From Salinispira sp. (GTDB lineage Bacteria; Spirochaetota; Spirochaetia; DSM-27196; Salinispiraceae): a stretch of 64,000 nt of DNA. Positions 41,441 to 52,689 of this stretch are shown piece by piece. The notes below the pieces were generated by a model. It made no database searches. It was not told the DNA's origin and worked only from the letters and a program-made list of their open reading frames with translations. Numbering within the stretch: the first letter of the stretch is position 1; every line of letters starts with the position of its first letter. A program made the translations under genes and the position numbers. The stretch spans positions 1 to 64,000 of the forward strand of contig CBDDDG010000018.1 in the NCBI GenBank assembly GCA_965226555.1, in the 5' to 3' direction.

Positions 41441-43993
41441 TTAATCATCCAACATGCGCTGCATTCGTTGAAGACAGTTAAACGCATCAATGGGAGTAAG
41501 AGAATTCAGATTGATGCCCCTCAATTCTTGGAGCACAACATCATCCTGAGCAAAGAGGCTCTGCTGAACCCTGGGTAAAACCTTCACGTCGCCAAAATTC
41601 TTCGTTAAATCGGTTTTCTGTATACTTTCAAGAAGCTCCCCTGCTCTGAATATTATTTCATCGGGGATGCCGGCAATTTTTGCCACATAGAGTCCGTAGG
41701 AATTATTCGATGGTTCCTCAATGACCTTGTTAAGGAAGATGATATCGCCATCATCTTCCTTAACCTGAAGGGAAAGATTTCTGAGATTTTCATGCTGCAG
41801 CTGTGATAATTCATGAAAATGGGTTGCAAAGAGTGTTTTGCATTGGAGATGCTGCAGGATATACTCAGAGATTGCCCATGCTATGGCAAGCCCGTCCCGG
41901 GTACTGGTTCCTCTGCCTACTTCATCCATGATAATTAAACTCTGATTACTCGCATTTCTGAGAATATGGGCAGTCTCATTCATTTCCACCAGAAAGGTAG
42001 ACTCACCCTGCGCAAGATTATCGGAGGCTCCTACCCGACAGAATATCTGATCGACAATTCCCATGGTTGCGCTATCCGCAGGCACAAAACTGCCAATATG
42101 AGCCAACAGGACAATGAGCGCATTTTGACGAAGATAGGTGCTCTTACCAGCCATATTCGGGCCTGTTACAAAGGTAAAAAAGCGCTCGTCCGATAATGCA
42201 AGATTATTTGCCACAAATGCGCCGGAATCCAGAAATGTTTCCACAACAGGATGTCTGCCGCCGGTAATTTCGATATGCCTGCCATCGGTAAATTCCGGAC
42301 ATGTATAGCCATGAAGTGTCGCCTGATATGCCAGACTCTGAAGGCAGTCCAGCGTGGCAAGAGTCTGCGCCGCTTTGAAGAGTGCCGGGAGCAATTCCTG
42401 AAGTTCCTTCCGGAGGGTAATAAACATTCTGCGTTCCAGATCAATGAGACTATCCTGAGCTGAACTTATTTCGGCGGCTAATTCTTTCAGGCGGACAGTG
42501 GTAAATCGTTCAACGTTAACAAGTTCCTGCCGTTTCTGAAAATGAGACGGAACCTTCTGCGATTGCCCCTTCGATACTTCTAGGAAATAGCCAACAATAC
42601 CGTTAAATTTAACCCTGAGATTCTGAATACCGCTATTCTCCCCCTCACTCTTCACATACTCATCAATGAGGTTCTGGCTGTTTTGTACGAGATGGCGCAA
42701 ATGATCAACATCTGTACAAAAACCCTCATTAATAATGCCGCCTTCAGTAAGTACAATCGGAGGATTATCAGTTACCGCGCGTGAAAGATGTTCGGCAGTA
42801 TTTCTCAGAACGGGAATATCCTCGGTCGCGAATGTATCGACAAGCTCATTATTCCCAAGTAATTCATATACGCGCAGATAACCGGAAACAGTTCGCTGTA
42901 TTGCGACAATGTCCCTGGGATTGGCTTTTTCCATACTGACCCGCATACACAACCGGGGAAGATCAAGAAGCACGGCGAGTATTTCCCTGCAGCCAGACAG
43001 AAGCAATTGATCGTGATAGAAAATGGAAACATGTTTCTGCCGCGTGGTAATTTTCTCTCTGTGAATGAGAGGATAGAGCAGCCATTGCTTGAGCAAACGC
43101 TTACCCATTCCGCTCCTGGTCTGATCAATAGCAGCAAAGAGGCTTGCTTCTCTTCCGTCTTCGGCAGGAACATGAAGTATTTCCAGATTTTTCTGACTAC
43201 TGCTGTCAATGACTAAGTATTCCTGCACTCTGATAACACGCAAAGAGTTAATATGCCGAATTTCTTTGCCGGTATTCATTTCAACATACTCAAGAAGAGG
43301 GCCAAGGGAATCCACATAGTGGCTATCCTTATCAAGACCGTAGGCCTTAAGATTTGTGACTTTCATAATTCTGCAAAGGTTTTCCCATGACTTCGAATGT
43401 GTATAATTCCAATCGGGAAGGGAATTTACCGTTGTTGAATACTGGCTGAACATCTCCTTGAGAGAAGAAGTAAGAAGGCTTTCCTGAATGAGCACTTCCT
43501 TGGGACGATACAGATGAAAATTGCCCTGTAATGATACTTCTTCTCCAACACCCAATATAAGTTCTCCCGTGGATACATCGAGAAAAGATATACAGAATGA
43601 TTCCCTGCCGCCGCGAAACCCGCAGATACTGGCAATGAAGTTATGTTCGCCTGTGCCGAGATATAATTCATCAATAACAGTTCCCGGAGTGAGAATTTCC
43701 ACCACGACTCGCTCGGCGATACCCTTTTCGGGCACATACGTTTGTTCGCAAATAGCAACTTTTTTTCCCGCAGAAAGTAATCGGGGAACATAGGAAAGTA
43801 CCGCATGGTGCGGAATACCGCACATGGGAATCCCGTGTCTCGCAGTGAGGGCAATACCGAGAATGGTACTTGCTTCCTTCGCATCAGTTTTGAACATTTC
43901 ATAGAAATCGCCTAGGCGAAAGAACAGAATTGCATCGCGATTCTGAGATTTTAGGCGATCATATTGCTGCATCATTGGAGTTGAAGCGGACAT
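41441..43993 (-). CDS. mutS: DNA mismatch repair protein MutS
   Basis: TPMMQQY, GDFYE, GPNMAGKST and DEVGRGTS. Confidence 0.98.
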   Translation of the reverse strand: MSASTPMMQQYDRLKSQNRDAILFFRLGDFYEMFKTDAKEASTILGIALTARHGIPMCGIPHHAVLSYVPRLLSAGKKVAICEQTYVPEKGIAERVVVEILTPGTVIDELYLGTGEHNFIASICGFRGGRESFCISFLDVSTGELILGVGEEVSLQGNFHLYRPKEVLIQESLLTSSLKEMFSQYSTTVNSLPDWNYTHSKSWENLCRIMKVTNLKAYGLDKDSHYVDSLGPLLEYVEMNTGKEIRHINSLRVIRVQEYLVIDSSSQKNLEILHVPAEDGREASLFAAIDQTRSGMGKRLLKQWLLYPLIHREKITTRQKHVSIFYHDQLLLSGCREILAVLLDLPRLCMRVSMEKANPRDIVAIQRTVSGYLRVYELLGNNELVDTFATEDIPVLRNTAEHLSRAVTDNPPIVLTEGGIINEGFCTDVDHLRHLVQNSQNLIDEYVKSEGENSGIQNLRVKFNGIVGYFLEVSKGQSQKVPSHFQKRQELVNVERFTTVRLKELAAEISSAQDSLIDLERRMFITLRKELQELLPALFKAAQTLATLDCLQSLAYQATLHGYTCPEFTDGRHIEITGGRHPVVETFLDSGAFVANNLALSDERFFTFVTGPNMAGKSTYLRQNALIVLLAHIGSFVPADSATMGIVDQIFCRVGASDNLAQGESTFLVEMNETAHILRNASNQSLIIMDEVGRGTSTRDGLAIAWAISEYILQHLQCKTLFATHFHELSQLQHENLRNLSLQVKEDDGDIIFLNKVIEEPSNNSYGLYVAKIAGIPDEIIFRAGELLESIQKTDLTKNFGDVKVLPRVQQSLFAQDDVVLQELRGINLNSLTPIDAFNCLQRMQRMLDD

Positions 43994-44011
43994 GATTTCA
44001 ACTCATCACGA

Positions 44012-44038
44012 GAAACTTTTGCATTTTGCAAAACTTTC
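44012..44038. repeat. 27-bp palindrome (short MITE form) flanked by ACGA direct repeats
   Basis: ACGA-GAAACTTTTGCATTTTGCAAAACTTTC-ACGA. Confidence 0.85.
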
Positions 44039-44555
44039 ACGATGTTTCTCGGAGACGATCAAGTACAAGATCAGTAATATCTACTTCCTGACTCCACCAG
44101 ATGAGTTTTTCATCGTTTGCTGAAATAACAATAGTAAAACCGCTGGATTCGGCAACATAACTAATTGCAGCCTGAAGTTGATTGAGAAAGGATTCCGAAC
44201 TTCTGAAATTATTCTGCCGGACCTGAAGTTGATTCTGTTTGATTCTCTGAAATTCCTGAATAAACTGAAGCATGGAGAAAATTTCGTTATCGAGACGCAG
44301 GGCCTCACTCTGCAGGCCTGCGCTTTCAGCTTCCAGTTTCTGTTGCTGAAGTTGTCTGAGTTCTGCCACATGCTGATCAAGCTCCCGTTGAATTGATGCT
44401 TTGAAATTTTCAAGACTACGCACGGCAGCTGAATCTGAAAAGAATGCGCTATAGATCGCATTTATATCGACAACACCAACAGTTGTTAATTGTTCGGCTG
44501 CAAGAGCAGAACTTATCAATAATAACAGTATTGGGAGTGTGCGTAATTTTGACAT
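44037..44555 (-). CDS. skp: OmpH/Skp periplasmic chaperone
   Basis: Signal peptide, VGVVD...DITDLVL; adjacent to bamA. Confidence 0.9.
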   Translation of the reverse strand: MSKLRTLPILLLLISSALAAEQLTTVGVVDINAIYSAFFSDSAAVRSLENFKASIQRELDQHVAELRQLQQQKLEAESAGLQSEALRLDNEIFSMLQFIQEFQRIKQNQLQVRQNNFRSSESFLNQLQAAISYVAESSGFTIVISANDEKLIWWSQEVDITDLVLDRLRETS

Positions 44556-44606
44556 ATAATCCTCCTGGAAATTTTTGCTACTGAAAATTTTGCTCTGCGA
44601 AATTTT

Positions 44607-47243
44607 CTAATATATACTGATTGCGAAAATAAGATCGAGCCCCGCAGTTTTATCAGGTGAACCTTTGGCTGTATTTCCCTGCTGCCACTCAACCTGATCA
44701 TTGACAATTTTGAAACGCTTACCAAGATAAATACGAAAGGGAAACTGCTGAATAGTAAAACGGAATCCCGCGCCAAAACCGAATAGCCAATTATCGGAGC
44801 CCGGGGCAAATATTTCCCGATCCTCGGTTATTCTGACCGCTTCGGCATACATATCGAACCATAATACCCTTTCAGCCAAAGGCATTCTCAGTTCAACCCA
44901 ACTGTTAAACAGGGCCTCACCGCCAGTGCGCAGAGGCCACCCTCTGGCAACATTCATACTATTTGTTGACAGAAATGATCCCGCTGCCTCAAACGGCTGC
45001 GAATCCTCATACACAAAGAACTGCTCCAACAGAAATGAGAGGCTTATATTGGCAGCCAGCACCATCCTCCAACTCCATTCGGGGCTGACATCGACATTAA
45101 AAAGCGTAAGGTAGCCCTGCAGGGTCGTGTCTGTGCGTATATAATTTCTCGCCCCCCCGAGGAAACCGCCGACATACCCTATGGACTGTTCGACATAATA
45201 TCCATTCTGCGGATTAAATATCACATCTCGCCCATCCATGCTTAAACGCAGATACAAGCTATTAATCATTCGTAATACACCAAGATTTTCCCTGACACTA
45301 TATTCAAAGGGGCGATTTTGGTTTTCATCATACTCAACAATGTTAAAGCCGATTGATAATGTGGAGCTAATTCCAAACCACCCAACTGATGAAGGAATCC
45401 GCAGTCCGGTGGAAATGCGCGGGGCAATAGTCCACTGTACGTACTCCATCTTATAATCGCTGGCAATGTCGCTGTTGTTTCCGCCCTTAAGCCTGAAAAA
45501 ATCGTAATCGGTAACAAGGTCATACATTTCAATATCAGTATCAGTCGGAACACCGGGAACTGGCTCTCCAGCTTCATATTCCTTCCCATCCTTGTAGGTG
45601 GTTTTCACACTAAAAACATAGTACCCTTGGAAGGGGTCAGGAACAATAACAGGGTCGTCTTTATGAAAAATCGGATGCATGATGTCCTGAAGTTCCTGGG
45701 TCTGAACATTACGGCTCAGAGTAATGCCAATTCCTCCCGACCAACGATCGCCGAATAGCCACGGATCAAAAAAACTGAATTGAAGGCTTTGTTCATATTG
45801 ACTGATATTGAGTTCCGCTTCAATTGTCTGCCCATTCCCCAGAAAATTGCTGTCTCCCCATCTGACAATTCCTGCTATGGGAATTTCAGCGCTTCCGCCA
45901 ACAGAGAACCCCAGCCGGAGGTCAGTTGTTTGCCCTTCTTCAAGATTGATAACAAGATTCATAAGACCCGGCACCGATCCCTGGGGGGTTTCAATGGCAG
46001 GCACATCGGCAAAAAATTGTGTGTTATAGAGGTTTGCAATACCTTCCCGAATTCTGCCCGCTGAAAAGACATCACCTTCTTCAAACTGAAGCTCACGCAG
46101 AATGACATCATCCCTTGTTTTGGTATTACCGCGAATAATAATATTTTCGATGTGCGCCCGCCCGCTTTCTGTTATCTGTACGGTGAAATTAATCTGCTGC
46201 TGCGCCTCATCCCGTTCCTCTTCCAGTTGTATCTGGTTGAATATGTATCCGCCCTGAAAATAGAGGTCGCTTACCGCTTGAAATCCCTGCTGCAATAGGG
46301 AAAAATTGAGAACCCGCCCTTCTTCGAGAAAGAAACGCGAACGCAATTCATCATCTGAAAAAATATTGTTGCCCGAAAAATTTATTCCGCCGAAGATCCA
46401 TGGGATTCCCTCATCAATAAAATAGGTAAGTCTGAGAAATCTTCGTTCGCTTGTCTGATCTTCTACAAGTTCCTGCGCTATATCAAGAACCTGAGCATCA
46501 ATATAACCGGATTCTCCATAAAAATTCAGAATTGCCTGACGGTCAAGTTCAAAATTTGATTCCTGAAAAACACCTGAATCGAAAAGTCCCTGCTGTTTAC
46601 TTATTATGATCGCTCTGAGCTGATTCTCTGTCGCAAAATTTATGCCGCTGAAAACAATGCTGCGGATATTGGTCTGAATTCCTTCGGTAATGAAAAATGA
46701 CAGTACCTGACTATTATCTGTATCCGAATCTTCCAGTTGGAAAGAAATTGAAACATCAGGATACCCATTTTCTTTATAGAGGGTAATAAGTGTTTCCTGA
46801 TCAGCGCGAATTTTTGATTGCACAGGCACATCACCAACCCGCAGCAGAATTTCATCGAAAAGGGTGCTGCGGCGTAATTGCCGGTTGCCGGAAAATTCAA
46901 TGGCAGAAATTATCGGACGCTCTTCTACCGTAAATTTCAGTATGAGTTCATCACGAGCTTCGTTTCCCGGAACTGCCTCAGGAATTATGAGATCAAAGTA
47001 TTCCAGATTATAGAGACGACGCTGTATCTCATTCAAAAGTTCATCGGTAAAAATACCGTTAATGAAGGGCTCAACAATGCCCTGCAGATCATTCTCTGAA
47101 ACATTTGTTAATCCTTCAAATTGAATATCAATAATAGGAATGTTGAAATACCAGTCTTCATCTGTCTGGGCATAAAGTCCCATGGAAACTACTAACAGGA
47201 TAATTATATATACGTGCTTGCTCACTGTGGCCCCTGTAATCAT
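44607..47243 (-). CDS. bamA: Outer membrane assembly factor BamA
   Basis: POTRA repeats (GNTKTRDDVILRE) and ARGW. Confidence 0.95.
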   Translation of the reverse strand: MITGATVSKHVYIIILLVVSMGLYAQTDEDWYFNIPIIDIQFEGLTNVSENDLQGIVEPFINGIFTDELLNEIQRRLYNLEYFDLIIPEAVPGNEARDELILKFTVEERPIISAIEFSGNRQLRRSTLFDEILLRVGDVPVQSKIRADQETLITLYKENGYPDVSISFQLEDSDTDNSQVLSFFITEGIQTNIRSIVFSGINFATENQLRAIIISKQQGLFDSGVFQESNFELDRQAILNFYGESGYIDAQVLDIAQELVEDQTSERRFLRLTYFIDEGIPWIFGGINFSGNNIFSDDELRSRFFLEEGRVLNFSLLQQGFQAVSDLYFQGGYIFNQIQLEEERDEAQQQINFTVQITESGRAHIENIIIRGNTKTRDDVILRELQFEEGDVFSAGRIREGIANLYNTQFFADVPAIETPQGSVPGLMNLVINLEEGQTTDLRLGFSVGGSAEIPIAGIVRWGDSNFLGNGQTIEAELNISQYEQSLQFSFFDPWLFGDRWSGGIGITLSRNVQTQELQDIMHPIFHKDDPVIVPDPFQGYYVFSVKTTYKDGKEYEAGEPVPGVPTDTDIEMYDLVTDYDFFRLKGGNNSDIASDYKMEYVQWTIAPRISTGLRIPSSVGWFGISSTLSIGFNIVEYDENQNRPFEYSVRENLGVLRMINSLYLRLSMDGRDVIFNPQNGYYVEQSIGYVGGFLGGARNYIRTDTTLQGYLTLFNVDVSPEWSWRMVLAANISLSFLLEQFFVYEDSQPFEAAGSFLSTNSMNVARGWPLRTGGEALFNSWVELRMPLAERVLWFDMYAEAVRITEDREIFAPGSDNWLFGFGAGFRFTIQQFPFRIYLGKRFKIVNDQVEWQQGNTAKGSPDKTAGLDLIFAISIY

Positions 47244-47282
47244 ATTCCTGTCAGCATATCACAAAAATAATTTCTTTTTTAT

Positions 47283-50200
47283 CTATTCAAAGAAAAAATC
47301 TCGTATAAAGGTAATGCGGTGACCCCTTACCGATAATGTTTCAGGGTCATCCAGAATTGCCCAGGACCAGTTAAGCGTAAATATCGGAGTTTCAAATTCA
47401 AGCCGTATTTCAGGGTATATGGTCAACCCAATTTGATCATCAACAGCGCGGTCAAAGGTATCGCTTTCTTCAAGTTGGATACTTCCCTCAAAGAAAATGT
47501 CATCTCCAAGGTAACGACCGATCCGAAGGGTAGTATTATCAAGATATTCACCGAGGGAAACCGGATCGGCAGTGGAAGCTAATGGGTTATCAACTGCGCG
47601 CTCAATAATATTCTGTACCAGACCGAAACGTAGAGAAAGTACATCCAAATTAAGCGTTTGACGCAGTTCATTTTCAAGATCATTCAGTAAGCGAATTTGT
47701 CCGAGCAGTTGCGTACCCGATGCCAGAGCACTGCCAAGATCGATAACATTGTCATCTTCCTCATTACCCACTATTTTTCCACCGAGTAAAAAAACGAGAT
47801 CTTCCTGAGATCGTATGGGATCAGAGCTGAAAATTGGCTGTAATTGAGAAATGTTGTCATCTTCAATATCCAGATATATGCGGATGGGATCTCCTCCAAT
47901 GATACTTTTGAATTCCCCATTGATATTAACGAGGGGATCAAATTTCTTGGTTTCATTCTCATTAAATGAAATATTCCCCTGGCGTATATTGAAATCCTGT
48001 TCAAAATAAAATAGTTCTCCGCCGCTGATGGCAACTCCTCCCTTTAAATTATACCATCCTTCAATGTTGGAATACGAAAAATTGATGCTCTCACCGCTGA
48101 CTGCAAAGCTCCTGAAGATAGGCAGATCTCTTGTCGGCCAATAAAATTCCACTCCGCGTCCTGTTATTATCTCTAACTGAACCGTAACCGGCACCGGATT
48201 ATTCTGAGCCTGGGCCTGGGCGGCTGCCTGCCTTCTTCGAGCAATATCGCTGATGGTTACGCCAGTAGCATGCGCGACTATGCTCCCTGCCATATCGGCT
48301 CCGCCTGTTAAAAAATCAATGTCCAGTTCAAGCATACCGCTTACCCATCCGTCTACTGCCACAGAATTAAAATCGTATACGATTGGAACATTGCCTTCTT
48401 CAGTGTCTATGGACAGTTTGAGTTCCGACGGAATCCAATGATCAAGGACTAACCCGCCCTGTATTACGGCGCGGCCTTCTCCAGCTTCGACAAGAAACGG
48501 AGGAAGTTGAATGGACTGTTCTTCGAGAATCATAACGGCAGACGAGGCCCGCAGCGGCTGGGGAATGAGCGCAAGATTTCCTCTAATGTCTTCAAGAAAA
48601 ATTGTTCCGTAAAAGTTTGGATCAACAACATTTCCCTGTATCCGCATACTCCCTCCCATGTTCCCGTTCCGCAATGCGATAATATCAAGATCGAGCACGA
48701 CAGTTTCAGGGGCAATTTTGAGCTGCAACAGAGTTGCGTCAATTATTCCCTTTTCAAGAAAACCCTCTGCGGTGAAAGTTATCGGGAGGGGGTCGCTGAG
48801 TTCCAGCTCAAAGCTTCCATCGGAATACATGACCCCTCTAATATGGTTGGGGGCATAAGTGGGTCCGCCATTGATAGTGAGGTTATCGTTAAATTCCTGC
48901 AGATAAAGCTTCCAGATTTCTGCAGGACTGCCTTCTTCATCGATGACAGTGAATGTGACGGAGCCATCGGCTTCATTCCAGTAATCGGAAAGTAAGCGTG
49001 GAGGACTGGCGGAAATAGAATTCACAAAACCCGGCAACAGTATGTTTATATCCACTTCGTGAGTAAGGCGCTTACTTCCTCCAAGGTCAGTTAAAAAGAG
49101 ATCTGTTTCTGCGCTCAGGGTATTTTCCGGTAGGTCATAGGCCGCAGTGATATTCCGCGCCCCCACTGTGCTCAGTTCAAATCTACTGTTCTCAAAATAC
49201 AGTATTTCATTCTGCAGAAACCCTTCGAGCTCCACATTCAGCGCTTCATCCTGCAATCGCACATTAAGGGTTTGGAGATTAAAATTCAGCAGTTCGTCCT
49301 CATCGGAGCGGGTATACACAATTTCGGTATTAAGCAGACCGGTAATATCTGCTATTCCAAGGCGTCTGGTAGTAAAGTTCTCAATAGTGATCGTAGAGGA
49401 TACCAGACCCTCCAGCATTGAAAATTCAGCTTGAGCAGCATAGGACTCCAGATCATTGCGCATTGCCGTTTCCAGCACAACAGCATCTTTCTCTTCATTC
49501 ATTGAAATAGTACCGCTTCCCGAAAGTAATGAAATCGCATCGTTATAGGTCACACTGCTTATCTGAATGTCTTCTTCGAGTGATCCTGATATCTTCATAA
49601 AGAGCGAACTGTCTCCCGTACTCTCAAGAAATTGTATATTCCCAAACGAAAGCCGGGGGATATCAATAACTGATGCGGCAATGTTATTCGTATCAACATT
49701 GATGTCACCTGCCCCGGAGAACCATGCCTCCGATCCCAGCGCAGGGAGGGGGAAATAACCAAGTGAAAAACGGAGTTCTACTATGTTTCCTGCCTGCCGC
49801 AATTCCACGTTGCTCTGATAGCTTCCAGCCACAAATATTTCATTACGATTCGGAAAAATATAAATTGCAGCCGAATAGGGAAAGGAATTTATCATGCTGT
49901 CCAGTTCCAACTGAAAACGTGTGGACTTGCGGAAATCACCGCTTCCCGAGACCTGAATATCCTGACCGCCGTAGGTAATATCCAGACGCGGCAGTGAGAA
50001 TATACCATTATCGTATACGGCATTGAGCCGTAACTGAGGAATATCAGAAGCCGGACTGCGCACCTGAAAATCCTGAACAGTAATTATGGTATCAATTGTA
50101 TCGTGCAGGACTATCTGCGAACTGACGGCCGCTGTGATACGCGAATGTGCCATTTCATCGAATAGCCCTAAGGCAGCGCCGTCAGCGACAGAGGCAGCGC

Positions 50201-51920
50201 CGTCAGCGACAGAGGCAGCGCCGTCAGCAACAGAGGCAGCGCCGTCAGCAACAGCAGGTATTATGCTGCCTATTTCTCCTGAAAACAGATCGGCAAGACT
50301 CCTTTCCCGCAGCTCCTGTAGTTCCTGAGGCGCCCGAGATTCTGGAGTGAGAACAGTTAGTATCATATCGCTCACTTCCCCAAGGGGAAGATCATTGAGG
50401 TAAAGTTCAATATCAATTTTCTCTGGAACCAGCGGATTTCCAGAAGTAAGCACCTGAGCGCTTGCCAATATTTCTCCCTCACCGCTTATAAGCCCTCCGC
50501 GAATATCAACATCAATACTATCAGGATCAAAGGCGCTGCGTATTTCCGTTTCACCCAAGGAAATGCCAAGAATTGTACTGTCAAAAAGCCTCATATCTGC
50601 GTTTCGATCGTCAATAGCTACGGTAAACTGTGTTTCAAATTTAGGCAGACCAAGAATACTCTTACTGATAACATTTCCTGAAAAATCGAGCATCCGGCTT
50701 TGAACATTGCCGCCGCCCTGAAAATTCAGATTGTCTCCTTCCATACTGCCGATATGAAATTTCTTTACATCAATAATCTGTTCTGAATAATCAAACTGAA
50801 TGTGTGTATTGATCCTTGCGCCGATGTCTGAAAGCACTGTTTCTGTTTTAATATCCATTTCCGAATACAGGGGCTGGAATAAACTATCAAGTTCCAGAAT
50901 AATATCTGCAGTAACAATGGAATCCAGAACATACTCATATTGCTGATACTCCTCCTCAAGCCGTATCAACTCTGAGGGTTTCCATTCTGATGAAACAAAG
51001 GTAATCATAAGCGGACTGGGCGGGCTAAGCGGGCTGTCTTCGGAAATATCCCTGCCGCGTAGGTATCCGGCAGTATCGTATACAAGCTCAGCCGCAAAGA
51101 GATCTCTGAAAATTTCCAGAGTGAGCGTATTCTGTTCATGCTGGAGATAAAGATCGAATGAATCAATATCAAAAACATTGGAATTGATATCACTGCTGAT
51201 TACGTGTAATTGTAATACCCCTTCTTCTATAATCTGTGAAATAGTTAACACATCGGGAAGGGTCAAACTTCCTTTAATGTTGGTATTACCGCGTAATTCA
51301 AACAATCCTGTATCGGAAATTGTTGAAGAAGCAGTAACTGTACTATTATTTACAAGATCAAATTCTACATATCGCCCCCGTACCCAAAGCATTCCCCGGG
51401 AAATCATACTTTCAACGGAAATATCGTCCGTATATGAACGGAGTTCAAAATTTTGTATGTGCAGTTCCAGATTATCGGATAAAAATGAGAATATGCCTTC
51501 CGAATTGTCTTCACCGGCATCTGTGGTTCCGACTGAAAGATTGGCATGAAAAAGATTATCAGAAAATAGCGCTCCGCCCCGAGCTTCGACCAGCCTGGGG
51601 GCTTTAAAAATATCGCCGCGAAAAATGTCACCAATGTTATAGTACAGAATAATACGGTCAAGAATGAGAATTGGTTCACCGGTTTCATTCTCAATTTTCA
51701 AATCCCGAATTTCAATGAAATTAAAAATTGATGGATGAATGGATGAAAATGTAATGGAACCATTCAGATTTTCCTCAAGCGCCTGAAGAATAGTATATTT
51801 CAGATTCTGTATGTGCCCACTTAATTGCCGTTGCAGAGGAAAAAAGACGAGCAGGGTCAGGGCAATGAAAATTATGATAAAGGTCAGCTGCAATATGGCA
51901 ATAAAATAAGAAGATTTCAC
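47283..51920 (-). CDS. tamB: TamB-like translocation/assembly protein
   Basis: About 1545 aa, beta-rich, C-terminal FDP and IGRYLGDDIF; GTG 51920 with SD GAGG. Confidence 0.85.
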   Translation of the reverse strand: MKSSYFIAILQLTFIIIFIALTLLVFFPLQRQLSGHIQNLKYTILQALEENLNGSITFSSIHPSIFNFIEIRDLKIENETGEPILILDRIILYYNIGDIFRGDIFKAPRLVEARGGALFSDNLFHANLSVGTTDAGEDNSEGIFSFLSDNLELHIQNFELRSYTDDISVESMISRGMLWVRGRYVEFDLVNNSTVTASSTISDTGLFELRGNTNIKGSLTLPDVLTISQIIEEGVLQLHVISSDINSNVFDIDSFDLYLQHEQNTLTLEIFRDLFAAELVYDTAGYLRGRDISEDSPLSPPSPLMITFVSSEWKPSELIRLEEEYQQYEYVLDSIVTADIILELDSLFQPLYSEMDIKTETVLSDIGARINTHIQFDYSEQIIDVKKFHIGSMEGDNLNFQGGGNVQSRMLDFSGNVISKSILGLPKFETQFTVAIDDRNADMRLFDSTILGISLGETEIRSAFDPDSIDVDIRGGLISGEGEILASAQVLTSGNPLVPEKIDIELYLNDLPLGEVSDMILTVLTPESRAPQELQELRERSLADLFSGEIGSIIPAVADGAASVADGAASVADGAASVADGAALGLFDEMAHSRITAAVSSQIVLHDTIDTIITVQDFQVRSPASDIPQLRLNAVYDNGIFSLPRLDITYGGQDIQVSGSGDFRKSTRFQLELDSMINSFPYSAAIYIFPNRNEIFVAGSYQSNVELRQAGNIVELRFSLGYFPLPALGSEAWFSGAGDINVDTNNIAASVIDIPRLSFGNIQFLESTGDSSLFMKISGSLEEDIQISSVTYNDAISLLSGSGTISMNEEKDAVVLETAMRNDLESYAAQAEFSMLEGLVSSTITIENFTTRRLGIADITGLLNTEIVYTRSDEDELLNFNLQTLNVRLQDEALNVELEGFLQNEILYFENSRFELSTVGARNITAAYDLPENTLSAETDLFLTDLGGSKRLTHEVDINILLPGFVNSISASPPRLLSDYWNEADGSVTFTVIDEEGSPAEIWKLYLQEFNDNLTINGGPTYAPNHIRGVMYSDGSFELELSDPLPITFTAEGFLEKGIIDATLLQLKIAPETVVLDLDIIALRNGNMGGSMRIQGNVVDPNFYGTIFLEDIRGNLALIPQPLRASSAVMILEEQSIQLPPFLVEAGEGRAVIQGGLVLDHWIPSELKLSIDTEEGNVPIVYDFNSVAVDGWVSGMLELDIDFLTGGADMAGSIVAHATGVTISDIARRRQAAAQAQAQNNPVPVTVQLEIITGRGVEFYWPTRDLPIFRSFAVSGESINFSYSNIEGWYNLKGGVAISGGELFYFEQDFNIRQGNISFNENETKKFDPLVNINGEFKSIIGGDPIRIYLDIEDDNISQLQPIFSSDPIRSQEDLVFLLGGKIVGNEEDDNVIDLGSALASGTQLLGQIRLLNDLENELRQTLNLDVLSLRFGLVQNIIERAVDNPLASTADPVSLGEYLDNTTLRIGRYLGDDIFFEGSIQLEESDTFDRAVDDQIGLTIYPEIRLEFETPIFTLNWSWAILDDPETLSVRGHRITFIRDFFFE
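50171..50254. repeat. Four 21-bp tandem repeats in tamB
   Basis: Encodes VADGAAS repeats. Confidence 0.95.
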
Positions 51921-52053
51921 ACATAACCTCTGTTTTCCGCAATGTATTTGCAATGATCTCGTGGAAAGTTTTGCATTTTGCAAAACTTTCTGATAGAAAT
52001 AATAAAGGAAATTTATGCATAAAGCAAAAGTTTCCGATGGAAAAGATTTTCAT

Positions 52054-52689
52054 ATGTTCGCTAACAGTAAAATATTGAAGAATTTTATCATTCTTGAGGG
52101 ACTCGACGGTTCCGGCACCACAACCCAGCAAACAATACTCAAAAACTTTCTTCAGGAAAAGGACATCCCTTATCACCTGACATCAGAACCTACAACCTTT
52201 AGTATCGGCAGGTTAATTAGAAACATTCTCTCAACACGGGAACATGCGGAAAAATCAACATTAGCCTATCTTTTCGCGGCAGACCGTAATGAACATCTCC
52301 ATGCCGGCGGCGGTATGATTGAAATGTGCAATAAAAACCGGCTTGTTATATGTGACCGCTACATCTTCTCATCCCTTGCCTATCAGGGCTGCGATCTCGG
52401 TATGGAATATGTATGGGAACTCAACAAAAATTTCCCCCTGCCTGAGATACTCTTTTATATAGATATTGATCCTCTCCAGGCTGAAAACCGCTATGCTTCA
52501 CGTTCGGAACTGGAGATATATGAAAAAAAAGAGACTCAGAAAGATGTTCGGGAAAATTACAATGTTATACTCACCGAGCTGGAAAAAACCCCTGTTCAAT
52601 TGTACCGCATAGATGCGACACTCTCAATTGAAAAAATTTCCGCGGAAATATGGGCAAAGCTTTCAAATCTTCCGATAGTCAAAGGGTGA
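52054..52689 (+). CDS. tmk: Thymidylate kinase
   Basis: EGLDGSGTTT and CDRY..SSLAYQ. Confidence 0.95.
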   Translation: MFANSKILKNFIILEGLDGSGTTTQQTILKNFLQEKDIPYHLTSEPTTFSIGRLIRNILSTREHAEKSTLAYLFAADRNEHLHAGGGMIEMCNKNRLVICDRYIFSSLAYQGCDLGMEYVWELNKNFPLPEILFYIDIDPLQAENRYASRSELEIYEKKETQKDVRENYNVILTELEKTPVQLYRIDATLSIEKISAEIWAKLSNLPIVKG

